DNA from: Obrimoposthia wandeli
Lineage: Eukaryota
Direction: 5' to 3'
Assembly (NCBI GenBank): GCA_977020255.1
Contig: CDROCS010002866.1
Location: 434,001-498,000 of the forward strand
Length of the DNA stretch: 64,000 nucleotides
In this document: positions 54,643-63,971 of the stretch, one piece after another
Layout: each line of letters opens with the position of its first letter
How positions within the stretch are numbered: the stretch's first letter is position 1
Made by a program: the position numbers and the translations under genes
The notes under the pieces: generated by a model
The model's input: the letters and a program-made list of their open reading frames with translations, nothing else
Databases searched by the model: none
What the model was told of the DNA's origin: nothing

Positions 54643-55410
54643 ATGGATTTCGCTTCACTGATCGGCATTATATCGGGTATTGCCTTGATTGTATCGGCTA
54701 TCTTTTTGGGCGGTACACCTGATGTATTTTTAAATATACCTGGTATGATGATTGTTGGTGGCGGTACATTGGCCGCTACCTTACTGACCGTCCCTTTTAA
54801 GGATGTTTTAAATGGTATGAAGGCTGCCTATATCGTGTTCGCTAGGGATAAAACCAACCCTTCCGATATGATAGATACCATGATAGAACTCAGCAAAATA
54901 AGCCATCGTCATGGTCTATTAAAAATGACTCATATCAAAACGGAGTCGAAAGTACTTAAACGCGCTTGTAATTTATTGGCAGAAGCCGCCTCAGAACAAG
55001 TGATTCGTAACACACTACAAAATGAAATAGATTCACTCATTGCTCGCCACTTTGCTGTTCAAGATGTTTTTAAAAAAATGGCAACTTACGCCCCTGCCTT
55101 TGGTATGCTGGGTACGTTGATTGGCTTGATTCAAATGCTTAGTCAACTGGACAACCCCGAAACTATTGGCCCAGCAATGGCCGTAGCACTGTTAACTACT
55201 TTTTACGGCTCTCTTTTAGCAACGATGGTATTCACCCCTATCGCCGGAAAACTTAGAGCAAGAACACTTACAGAGGTCACTAACTTACAAATTATCCGCG
55301 AAGGCAGCATTAGCATTTTAACTAATGACCAATGGGCGCATGTGTACGAACAACTTTCAGCATACCTGCCAGAAAACAAACGCAACTCTATCTACAATAC
55401 TGAAGAATAA
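54643..55410 (+). CDS. MotA/PomA-family stator A subunit (divergent cytoplasmic loop)
   Basis: Four TMs; APAFGMLGTLIGLIQML and IGPAMAVALLTTFYG are collinear with PomA. Confidence 0.9.
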   Translation: MDFASLIGIISGIALIVSAIFLGGTPDVFLNIPGMMIVGGGTLAATLLTVPFKDVLNGMKAAYIVFARDKTNPSDMIDTMIELSKISHRHGLLKMTHIKTESKVLKRACNLLAEAASEQVIRNTLQNEIDSLIARHFAVQDVFKKMATYAPAFGMLGTLIGLIQMLSQLDNPETIGPAMAVALLTTFYGSLLATMVFTPIAGKLRARTLTEVTNLQIIREGSISILTNDQWAHVYEQLSAYLPENKRNSIYNTEE

Positions 55411-55420
55411 CGGGTAGCAC

Positions 55421-56287
55421 TTGATGAAACATACAATTGATATCTATGAAGATAGCGACGACAACGGCTGGATAGTTACTTATGCTGATCTAGTCACTTT
55501 GCTATTAGTATTTTTCATATTACTTTTTTCGGTATCAACTATTAAAGAAGAATCGTTTGAAGAGACAATTGATTCTGTTAAAACGGCATTAAAAGGAACC
55601 GGCAAAGGTTCAAACCAAGGAGCTGGATCCGGCAGTAAAGATGATAAAGATTCGACCAAAGTCGAAACAGGGACGGTACCCACTGATTCTTTAGATCCAT
55701 CGACTGAAACAGGCGACAAACAACAAGCGCCCTCCGAGGAAGAGAAACCCTTGATCACTACCCCTTTTGCTCTGCTACCCGTTCAGCAGGCGACTCCTCA
55801 ACCTGATACTCGAAAAGAGGAGAGACAGAAAAAACAGGAGATGGCACGCGTCACAAGCGAAGTCACAAAACTATTAAAGAAAGCCGCTAGTGACAACGAT
55901 GCCAAAGTATCCGCAAATAAAGATGATAGAATCGTTATCAATGTGCGTGGAGATGTCTTTTTCAATCCAGGATCCGCCCAGTTCAAAAGAGAGGCAATGC
56001 CGATTATGGATGGCATAGGTAATATTATACGCAAGAATAATGCTTTCAATCTTGCGGTGGGTGGACACACGGATAACAGCCCGATAAGCACCAATAGATA
56101 CCCATCAAACTGGGAACTCTCCGCTATCAGAGCGACCACTGTATTACGTTATTTTGTACGCGGCGGCATGAGCCCTGATAGAGTTACTGCAACAGGTTAT
56201 GGCGAGTCGACTCCAATAGTAGCCAACGACACTGAACAACACCGTGCTGATAATAGAAGAATTGAATTTGTACTAGAGCGGAAATAA
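55421..56287 (+). CDS. MotB/PomB-family stator B subunit with OmpA-like peptidoglycan-binding domain
   Basis: WIVTYADLVTLLLVFFILLFS TM with the conserved Asp; GHTDN, NWELSAIRA, NRRIEF. Confidence 0.9.
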   Translation: MMKHTIDIYEDSDDNGWIVTYADLVTLLLVFFILLFSVSTIKEESFEETIDSVKTALKGTGKGSNQGAGSGSKDDKDSTKVETGTVPTDSLDPSTETGDKQQAPSEEEKPLITTPFALLPVQQATPQPDTRKEERQKKQEMARVTSEVTKLLKKAASDNDAKVSANKDDRIVINVRGDVFFNPGSAQFKREAMPIMDGIGNIIRKNNAFNLAVGGHTDNSPISTNRYPSNWELSAIRATTVLRYFVRGGMSPDRVTATGYGESTPIVANDTEQHRADNRRIEFVLERK

Positions 56288-56289
56288 CA

Positions 56290-56655
56290 ATGAAAAAACC
56301 ACTATTTGAAATAGAGAATCTAGACGACACAAACCGTGATGAATATCGACTTTCTCCATCAGATGAAGATAACCTTAAGCTAGTCATTGCTGGCAAAGAA
56401 GTTGAAGTCGTAAATATATCTGGCAATGGCATTGCTTTTAAATTTACGGGTAATGTCAAAAAAGCGACCTATAAAGTTATTTTAGAGTTCACTGCAGAAG
56501 AGAAACACCATATTGAATGTGCCTTAAAAGTATTGCGCCAGGATCCTCCGGTCTATAGTGGAACGCTAATAGATCTCACTCCTCATGATCTACGCGCTAT
56601 AGGACAACTCATCATAAACAGCCAAAAAAGAGCAATCAGAAGAGGCAGAGGTTAA
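56290..56655 (+). CDS. Stand-alone PilZ-domain (c-di-GMP-binding) protein
   Basis: RDEYR (RxxxR) and NISGNG (D/NxSxxG) motifs; begins 2 nt after the motB stop. Confidence 0.75.
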   Translation: MKKPLFEIENLDDTNRDEYRLSPSDEDNLKLVIAGKEVEVVNISGNGIAFKFTGNVKKATYKVILEFTAEEKHHIECALKVLRQDPPVYSGTLIDLTPHDLRAIGQLIINSQKRAIRRGRG

Positions 56656-56686
56656 ACTCAAATAAAACCCTCTTGCTTAGACTTGC

Positions 56687-56792
56687 CTTCACTGTGTGAA
56701 GCGCAGTATTTGTGTTACTGCAAATGAAAAAACATTCGCTCTAAGGAGCGGGCTGCTCACCCTTGGATGATTTAGGTTTCGCCTAATTCATC
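56687..56792. other. Cluster of five adjacent hairpins; possible structured RNA or REP-like element
   Basis: Stems CTTCAC/GTGAAG, GCAGTA/TACTGC, GCAAATG/CATTCGC, AAG-GAGC/GCTC-CTT and GATGA-TTAGG/CCTAA-TCATC. Confidence 0.35.
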
Positions 56793-56853
56793 TCTAATAA
56801 ATTGCGGTAAAAAAGCTGATTTAGATAAATACAGATTATATATTAAATAGTTG

Positions 56854-56888
56854 TTGCAGCACCTCCAGAAGCCTGTATAATTCGCCTC
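56854..56888 (+). promoter_or_regulatory. Stable-RNA-type sigma70 promoter for the tRNA-fMet array
   Basis: TTGCAG-16 nt-TATAAT followed by a GC-rich discriminator TCGCCTC. Confidence 0.7.
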
Positions 56889-56957
56889 TCAGTTTTAGAG
56901 GACATATATTTAAATTTTTATTTAAATAAATCAAGAATTTAGATCAATGTTTGTTGA

Positions 56958-56974
56958 TGCGGGGTGGAGCAGCT

Positions 56975-57032
<58 letters not shown>

Positions 57033-57034
57033 CA
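56958..57034 (+). tRNA. tRNA-fMet (CAT), initiator, copy 1
   Basis: 77-nt cloverleaf, CAT anticodon, GGG/CCC anticodon-stem pairs, 1:72 mismatch, encoded CCA. Confidence 0.97.
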
Positions 57035-57095
57035 TTATAATAAATATAGTTATATATTAATTATTACTCAACTTTCTAAACACTGATTTCTTTGA

Positions 57096-57112
57096 TGCGG
57101 GGTGGAGCAGCT

Positions 57113-57170
<58 letters not shown>

Positions 57171-57172
57171 CA
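57096..57172 (+). tRNA. tRNA-fMet (CAT), copy 2
   Basis: Identical to copy 1. Confidence 0.97.
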
Positions 57173-57262
57173 AAAGAAATAACATGTAATTTGCAGTCTT
57201 CAGTTCTCATTTTACATTAAAGATTATTAAATTTAATAATCTAACTAAACTGGTATTTTTGA

Positions 57263-57279
57263 TGCGGGGTGGAGCAGCT

Positions 57280-57337
<58 letters not shown>

Positions 57338-57339
57338 CA
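57263..57339 (+). tRNA. tRNA-fMet (CAT), copy 3
   Basis: Identical to copy 1. Confidence 0.97.
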
Positions 57340-57434
57340 AAAGAAAAGAATGTAATTTTTAGTCTCAGTTCTAATTTTACATTCAAGATTTAAGATTATT
57401 AAACTTCATAATCTAATTAAACTGATATTTTTGA

Positions 57435-57451
57435 TGCGGGGTGGAGCAGCT

Positions 57452-57509
<58 letters not shown>

Positions 57510-57511
57510 CA
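57435..57511 (+). tRNA. tRNA-fMet (CAT), copy 4
   Basis: Identical to copy 1. Confidence 0.97.
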
Positions 57512-57978
57512 AAATTTCTAATATCCAATATTTAACACCCCTCAATTCACAATTCTACACTGTCAACTTTATAATCCCTCAGTAACTACTCTAACGTAAG
57601 CAGCAACATCAGGCTAACACCGAACGATATTCAACTAAATCATCGATATAAAACGACAACTCGGCTTATAAGAGCCAACCTAACCTCCCCCCAGCTGTTA
57701 CATATATAAAACATATAACTTACGCTCTATTCACAGCAGTCTCTCAATGGAACAAAACCGCTTAGCGTGAAAATTACTACACAAAACGCCAACACAACCC
57801 ATAGCCACACTCTATAAAAACGTAATACACTGTCGGCTAGTTACAGGCAAACCTACCGCCGCTTTAAGCCTGCAAGACACACAAAAACGATTATTGGACA
57901 AATGATAACACAGACAAATTAAAGCTACTTTCTACCTACTTACTATCTACTTTAAGCAGCATATTCAAGAGAGAAAAT

Positions 57979-58827
57979 GTGAAAATCATCCATTTAGACC
58001 AACCCATAGATGATAAACAACGCGCAGAGCTTTTGTTTTCGGGTCATTTATTAATCCACCAACAACGCCAATCAATGCTCGAACTTATAGAGTTCACCAA
58101 AGACCTGCTCAAGCAACACCTAGGCGATTTAAATCCCGCCGATGCACAACGCGCGCTTAATCAACAATCCTTTCTAAGCCTTACTGGTGCAGCACAACAC
58201 CAATTTAGACATAGCGCACAAGCTCGTGAATTATTTTTTAAAGTACTTATTGAGTGCGGCGTTAACACGCAACTAAGCTATTATGACCACTTTCCTTTAC
58301 GCGTAGTTCCATACGCTAATAAACACCATGGAGCACATCGTGCTGCAATTGGACACCATAGAGACACCTGGGGGAGTAATATTCATAGCCAACAAAATTG
58401 GTGGGCACCTATTTTTGACATTACAGCGCAACGCACTCTTGCTATCTACCCCGATTATTGGAAAAAACCATTAGCCAATACAACAGCTACATGGGATTTT
58501 GAAATGTTTTTAGCACAGCGCAACATGACTGAAATTGAGCGTTATGTCGCTTATCCAAGCGCTCCCACACCAACAGAAAAGATTAATGAGTCCGCTGTAG
58601 TTAAGGTGATCTTAGAGCCTGGAGATGTATTAAACTTTGCAAGCGCACATTTACACGCAAGCGTACCCAATACCAGCGACGCTACGCGCTATAGTGTAGA
58701 AATGCGGACTATTCATCTAGATGATTTAAAACGACAACGACAAGCCCCAAATATCGACAATAGTGGCAGCGAACCAATGTACAAATGGTTTAAACATATA
58801 CAAAATAAACACAAACTTCTTACTTAA
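57979..58827 (+). CDS. Hypothetical protein, probable Fe(II)/2-oxoglutarate dioxygenase
   Basis: HRD (HxD), PGDVL.F..AHLH (distal His) and TRYS (RxS) in the expected order; GTG start. Confidence 0.65.
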   Translation: MKIIHLDQPIDDKQRAELLFSGHLLIHQQRQSMLELIEFTKDLLKQHLGDLNPADAQRALNQQSFLSLTGAAQHQFRHSAQARELFFKVLIECGVNTQLSYYDHFPLRVVPYANKHHGAHRAAIGHHRDTWGSNIHSQQNWWAPIFDITAQRTLAIYPDYWKKPLANTTATWDFEMFLAQRNMTEIERYVAYPSAPTPTEKINESAVVKVILEPGDVLNFASAHLHASVPNTSDATRYSVEMRTIHLDDLKRQRQAPNIDNSGSEPMYKWFKHIQNKHKLLT

Positions 58828-58932
58828 CACCTATTGAGCTGAGAATACCACAATAGTGATGCTTTCTATATTTGCTATCCGGTTAAAAAGTGCAAGCTCT
58901 TTAAAAGGAAGGTAGTGGATCTTTTAAAACTA

Positions 58933-58969
58933 AAATCAATGAGCTAGAGAACAACAAAAATTAAACTGG
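58933..58969 (+). repeat. Copy 2 of the dispersed 37-bp repeat
   Basis: AAATCAATGAGCTAGAGAACAACAAAAATTAAACTGG; 33/37 to the reverse complement of 5737-5773. Confidence 0.65.
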
Positions 58970-59070
58970 AAACTAATGATTTGTTATATTTAAGGCAGAA
59001 CTCTACTCACATACTGCCGTCATTCTAGGTATTGATGACTATATGCGTATTAGTAATTATTGTTCTTGAT

Positions 59071-59337
59071 TTAATTTCTTTTGAGCGATCTTTGTTGGTT
59101 AGCATGGCGCTCATTACCACGCTTGTAGTTACCTGTTAACCTTGCCATCAGTTGCTGCTGATCACTAAAATCGGCGTGCAGTATATCCTCGCAAAATTCT
59201 TTTGCTTTATTCCCCCTGAGCACCGTCGCTTTAATTGAACCATGATATATTTCAATACAACCATTCGCTTCTTTGTAGCTAAAATTCAAATCTAACAAAA
59301 CACTCTCCTGTTTAAGTTTTAAGTCTAGCTTATTCAC
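59071..59337 (-). CDS. Small hypothetical protein
   Basis: 88 aa, GTG start with a GAGG RBS; C-terminal LMARLTGNYKRGNER looks like a conserved motif. Confidence 0.65.
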   Translation of the reverse strand: MNKLDLKLKQESVLLDLNFSYKEANGCIEIYHGSIKATVLRGNKAKEFCEDILHADFSDQQQLMARLTGNYKRGNERHANQQRSLKRN

Positions 59338-59384
59338 TTAACCTCGCGACGACCACAAAAACTAAATAATTAGGCTTTTCAGGC

Positions 59385-59410
59385 AAAAAAAAGCCCGCTA
59401 TTAAGCGGGC
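59385..59410 (-). terminator. Rho-independent terminator of clpX
   Basis: GCCCGCT-ATTA-AGCGGGC with an A8 run on its left. Confidence 0.85.
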
Positions 59411-59425
59411 CTCCTGCACTAAAGA

Positions 59426-60715
59426 TCACTCTTCTGAAGCAGCTTTTTTCTCATTTTCGTAGATTAATATAGGCTCGTTGCTACCATCGATAACACCTTT
59501 ATCTATCACTACTTTGGAAACATTTTCAATAGAAGGAAGCTCATACATTATATCTAATAACGAGCCTTCCAATATTGAGCGCAAGCCACGAGCACCTGTT
59601 TTACGCTCCAAAGCATGCTCTGCTATTGCCAATAGCGCTTCTTCTCTGAAATCTATCTCGGCGCCTTCAATTTCAAACAATTTGCTATACTGGCGGACCA
59701 AACTATTCTTCGGCTCCGTCAATATTTGAATCAGCGCTTCCAAATCAAGCTCTTCTAAAGTAGCGATCATCGGTAAACGACCAACAAACTCAGGGATCAA
59801 GCCAAATTTAACTAAATCTTCCGATTCTATATTTAATAGTGTCTCAGTAAGCGATCGAGAATCATCCTTGCTTTTAACGACGGCATTAAAACCAATTGAA
59901 CTCTTTTCCGACCTATCACTAATTATCTTCTCTAAACCAGAAAATGCACCACCGCATATGAACAAGATGTTTGATGTATCTACTTGCAAAAACTCTTGCT
60001 GAGGGTGCTTACGCCCGCCCTGAGGAGGCACTGATGCTACAGTACCTTCAATAAGCTTAAGCAATGCTTGCTGCACACCTTCGCCAGAGACATCACGGGT
60101 AATAGATGGATTATCTGACTTTCGTGAGATCTTATCAATTTCATCTATGTAAACAATACCGCGCTCTGCACGCTCAACATCATAATCACATTTCTGCAAT
60201 AATTTTTGCACAATGTTTTCAACGTCTTCACCCACATAACCCGCTTCAGTTAAGGTTGTAGCATCCGCGATTGTAAATGGCACATTCAGCATACGCGCTA
60301 GTGTTTGCGCTAGTAGCGTTTTACCACTACCTGTAGGGCCGATTAACAAAATATTACTTTTATTTAATTCAACGCCACTTTCTTTATCTGATTTTTCAGC
60401 CTGAAAACGCAAGCGTTTATAATGGTTATATACCGCTACAGACAACACTTTTTTAGCCTTTTCTTGGCCAATAACATAATCATCAAGCTTAAGACGTATT
60501 TCTTTTGGTGTTGGTAGCTGATCAGACTCTTGTGGCGCTTCTTCTGAGCTGGTTATTTCTTCACGAATGATGTCGTTGCATAAATCGACACATTCATCAC
60601 AGATGAACACAGAAGGTCCAGCAATCAGTTTCTTAACTTCATCCTGGTTTTTTCCACAAAAAGAGCAGATTAACTTACCGCTGCCTTTTTCTTTTTCGTC
60701 GATGTTATCGCTCAT
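59426..60715 (-). CDS. clpX: ATP-dependent Clp protease ATP-binding subunit
   Basis: CSFCGK zinc finger, [19 protein letters not shown]. Confidence 0.98.
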   Translation of the reverse strand: MSDNIDEKEKGSGKLICSFCGKNQDEVKKLIAGPSVFICDECVDLCNDIIREEITSSEEAPQESDQLPTPKEIRLKLDDYVIGQEKAKKVLSVAVYNHYKRLRFQAEKSDKESGVELNKSNILLIGPTGSGKTLLAQTLARMLNVPFTIADATTLTEAGYVGEDVENIVQKLLQKCDYDVERAERGIVYIDEIDKISRKSDNPSITRDVSGEGVQQALLKLIEGTVASVPPQGGRKHPQQEFLQVDTSNILFICGGAFSGLEKIISDRSEKSSIGFNAVVKSKDDSRSLTETLLNIESEDLVKFGLIPEFVGRLPMIATLEELDLEALIQILTEPKNSLVRQYSKLFEIEGAEIDFREEALLAIAEHALERKTGARGLRSILEGSLLDIMYELPSIENVSKVVIDKGVIDGSNEPILIYENEKKAASEE

Positions 60716-60884
60716 TCGACTTCCTCTTTAACAATGCTATCACTAGATCCAATTAATATTTGGATTCTATCATTTACGATCCAAATATTCACCGGAGACT
60801 CTATCACATATTTATAGAATAAATTTTTTAGATAAAGTTTCTATTTATGTGATAGCGATTATTTTTTGATATTTGTTTATAGAA

Positions 60885-61520
60885 TTACTCGCTAACAGGA
60901 CGTTTTTCAATAACTTTATCGATCAAGCCATACTCGGCAGCTTGCGATGCCGTCATAAAGTTATCACGATCTGTATCGCGCTTAATCACATCGATATCTT
61001 GCCCTGTATGCTTAGCCATTAGATTATTTAATTTTTCTCTAATTGCCAGTATTTCTTTAGTATGAATTTCAATATCCGACGCTTGACCTTGGTAACCGCC
61101 AAGTGGCTGATGAATCATAACGCGTGCATTAGGTAGTGCAAAACGCTTACCTTCAGTACCAGCGGTAAGCAAGAAAGCTCCCATACTTGCCGCCTGCCCC
61201 ATACAAATAGTACTAACGTTTGGTCTTATAAACTGCATTGTATCGTAAATAGACATACCCGCAGTGACTGACCCACCAGGTGAGTTTATATATAAGTGAA
61301 TATCTTTATCTGGATTTTCTGCCTCTAAAAACAACATCTGCGCCACAATTAAGTTAGCCATATGATCTTCTACTTGGCCCACTAAAAAGATGACACGCTC
61401 TTTAAGCAAGCGAGAGTAAATATCGTAAGATCTCTCACCTCGAGCAGTTTGCTCAACCACCATTGGAACTAGAGCAGCACTAGGATCAAAACTAGCGTTA
61501 CTTTGGTAAATTCCGGACAT
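60885..61520 (-). CDS. clpP: ATP-dependent Clp protease proteolytic subunit
   Basis: [31 protein letters not shown]. Start adjusted from 61559. Confidence 0.98.
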   Translation of the reverse strand: MSGIYQSNASFDPSAALVPMVVEQTARGERSYDIYSRLLKERVIFLVGQVEDHMANLIVAQMLFLEAENPDKDIHLYINSPGGSVTAGMSIYDTMQFIRPNVSTICMGQAASMGAFLLTAGTEGKRFALPNARVMIHQPLGGYQGQASDIEIHTKEILAIREKLNNLMAKHTGQDIDVIKRDTDRDNFMTASQAAEYGLIDKVIEKRPVSE

Positions 61521-61697
61521 GTATTTCTCCTTTATTAAGCTTTTGAATAAATTAAACATTTCCTTGCAGGTAATTAAAATCTCATACTATGGTTAAAGAT
61601 GACGATTCCATTCCAAGCAATCTATCAAAGGATATAAGCTATTAAATACTTACCCTCTAGAGCAATGCAACTTGTTCAAACACTCCTTAGCTAATAC

Positions 61698-61734
61698 AAA
61701 AAAACGATAGCCAGCTTTCACTCACTATCGTTTT
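61698..61734 (-). terminator. Terminator after tig
   Basis: AAAACGATAG...CTATCGTTTT stem with an A run. Confidence 0.65.
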
Positions 61735-61772
61735 ATATATAAAATTAACCAATGCACAATAAGTGCATATAA

Positions 61773-63110
61773 TTACGCTTCGTCAGTAGCTTCATCAGCT
61801 TGTGGTTGCGCAGCAGGCTTAATAGCCTCTTCGTAACTCACAGCAGTTTCACTAACTTTAGCAGAACTTAACAAATGATCAATGACTTGATCTTCAATTA
61901 CCAAGCTTTTAACTTGGTTTAGCATATCTTCATTACCATAGTAATAATCGATTACTTCTTTAGGATCTTGGTAAGTTTGCGCCATCTCTTCGATAGTGCT
62001 GCGAACCTTGTCGTCATCTGCATTAATTTCGTTAACTTTGATGATCTCTTGCACTAATAAACCAACAGATACACGACGCTTAGCCTGATCTGTAAACATT
62101 TCTTTAGGCAACATATTGAAATCTAAGTTAGCGCCTTCACCACCGTACTGCTGTACCGCTTGCTTGCGAAGGTTATCAATTTCACCATCAACTAAAGCTG
62201 TTGGCACTTCAATTGAATTCAACTCAATAAGTTTAGCAAATACTTGATCTTTGAGCTTACCTTTTAATGCTTGCGTCATCTCACGTGACATGTTCTTTTG
62301 AACATCAGCTTTAAAACTATCAAGATCAGCTGAATCCATACCAAACTTCAAGAAAAACTCTTCGTTTAGCTCAGGTAGTGATGCAGAAGAAACTGAAGTA
62401 GCTGTGGCTTTAAAAACCGCATCTTTTCCTTTAAGGTTTTCAGCTTGGTAATCAGCTGGGAATGTAACGGCGATTTCAAAAGCTTCACCCGTCATTTTGC
62501 CAAGTACAGCTTCTTCAAAGCCAGGAATCATAGAATTAGAACCTAATACTAAATCAACACCCTCACCTTTACCGCCTTCAAAAGCTTCGCCATCAATAAA
62601 GCCTTCAAAATCAAGAACAACTTTATCGCCATCGGCAGCTGCACGCTCAACTACTGTCCATTCAGTTTGCTGCTTACGTAAAGACTCAACCATTACAGTT
62701 AAATCTTCTGCATTAATCTCAGCCGTTTCTTTATCTATTTCAACAGCAGAAAAATCAGCGAGCTTAATTTCAGGGTATACTTCAAACGTTGCTACAAACT
62801 CAACATCTTTACCAGCTTCATCAGTTTTCATCTCAATACTAGGGCCGCCAGCTGGAATCAATTTTTCCTGCTGCACTGCTTCGTAAAAACTCTGCTGCAA
62901 TACTTCACTAACAACATCTTGACGAATACCAGCACCGTAACGCTTTTGTACAACTTTTAAAGGCACTTTACCTGGGCGAAACCCATCGATACGTACGCTT
63001 TTAGACGCTTGTTGTACTTGTTTCACAACATCGTTATCAATACGATCCGCTGGAATTGTAATAGTCATTTGACGCTCTAAAGCGGATTTCGTTTCAACAG
63101 AAACTTGCAT
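61773..63110 (-). CDS. tig: Trigger factor
   Basis: MQVSVET, IDGFRPGKVP, FKBP domain MIPGFEE. Start adjusted from 63188. Confidence 0.97.
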   Translation of the reverse strand: MQVSVETKSALERQMTITIPADRIDNDVVKQVQQASKSVRIDGFRPGKVPLKVVQKRYGAGIRQDVVSEVLQQSFYEAVQQEKLIPAGGPSIEMKTDEAGKDVEFVATFEVYPEIKLADFSAVEIDKETAEINAEDLTVMVESLRKQQTEWTVVERAAADGDKVVLDFEGFIDGEAFEGGKGEGVDLVLGSNSMIPGFEEAVLGKMTGEAFEIAVTFPADYQAENLKGKDAVFKATATSVSSASLPELNEEFFLKFGMDSADLDSFKADVQKNMSREMTQALKGKLKDQVFAKLIELNSIEVPTALVDGEIDNLRKQAVQQYGGEGANLDFNMLPKEMFTDQAKRRVSVGLLVQEIIKVNEINADDDKVRSTIEEMAQTYQDPKEVIDYYYGNEDMLNQVKSLVIEDQVIDHLLSSAKVSETAVSYEEAIKPAAQPQADEATDEA

Positions 63111-63446
63111 GGAATTCCTCACAAATAAATACTTAGTGTTCATTCTATCCCCTTCAAACCCATTGTTTAGGGCTGGAGACAGATGCAATATGCCTAACGT
63201 CAGTGCTAACCATTCAAAGGCACGCCAACTGAACAGGCGAAATTATAAAGGCGGGAATTTTCCGCCACTTAAATCAAATAGTCAAGAACTAACAATAAGT
63301 TTACTAAACTAGCTGCATAATTATAACTAGGTTAATGGGGCCTGTTTGCCAAAAATAAAGAGTAATTGTTAAAAAAATTAATAAAAAAGGTAAGCGCAAC
63401 TGATTGTTTACGAGTTAATAATAGAGAGGAAATTTTCTAATATAAA

Positions 63447-63523
63447 TGGGGTGAACGACGGGGTTTGAACCCGCGACCGCCGGAATCACAATCCGGAGCT
63501 CTACCAACTGAGCTACGCTCACC
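63447..63523 (-). tRNA. tRNA-His (GTG)
   Basis: GGTGAGCGTAGCTCAGTTGGTAGAGCTCCGGATTGTGATTCCGG...CACCCCA, with G-1. Confidence 0.96.
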
Positions 63524-63539
63524 ACTGAGCAATATAAAA

Positions 63540-63624
63540 TGGTGCGGGAAGAGAGACTCGAACTCTCACACCTTACGGCACTAGAACCTAAATCTAGCGT
63601 GTCTACCAATTCCACCACTCCCGC
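63540..63624 (-). tRNA. tRNA-Leu (TAG)
   Basis: 85 nt with a long variable arm, anticodon loop TTTAGGT, CCA end. Confidence 0.96.
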
Positions 63625-63692
63625 GTGGCTCAACAAAACCTATATCAGAGTTTTGTATCTTTATTGCATTTATACTGCGCAATAACAGTAAA

Positions 63693-63777
63693 TGGTGCGG
63701 GAAGAGAGACTCGAACTCTCACACCTTACGGCACTAGAACCTAAATCTAGCGTGTCTACCAATTCCACCACTCCCGC
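63693..63777 (-). tRNA. tRNA-Leu (TAG)
   Basis: Identical copy. Confidence 0.96.
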
Positions 63778-63842
63778 GTGGTTGTTTCTATATAAAATAA
63801 AAACTTTTGCTGCTTTTTTGATAACTGTGCAAGCTCAGTTAA

Positions 63843-63927
63843 TGGTGCGGGAAGAGAGACTCGAACTCTCACACCTTACGGCACTAGAACCTAAATCTAG
63901 CGTGTCTACCAATTCCACCACTCCCGC
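63843..63927 (-). tRNA. tRNA-Leu (TAG)
   Basis: Identical copy. Confidence 0.96.
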
Positions 63928-63971
63928 GCGGCCTTACTTTCAAACTTATCATTTATTCAGTTAAAAATAAA

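Noticed and set aside
54643-56287. Zorya (ZorA/ZorB) defence system
   Set aside because: The A subunit is a 255-aa four-TM PomA-like protein without the long ZorA helical tail, and no zorC/D/E-like genes are adjacent.
56958-57511. CRISPR-like array of identical repeats with variable spacers
   Set aside because: The repeats are 77-nt tRNA genes, the spacers are homologous to each other, and there are no cas genes.
57512-59425. tRNA-integrated genomic island
   Set aside because: No integrase and no duplicated tRNA 3' end (att site) found before clpX.
63415-63964. ORFs 63415-63636 (-) and 63692-63964 (+)
   Set aside because: They are translations of tRNA genes.
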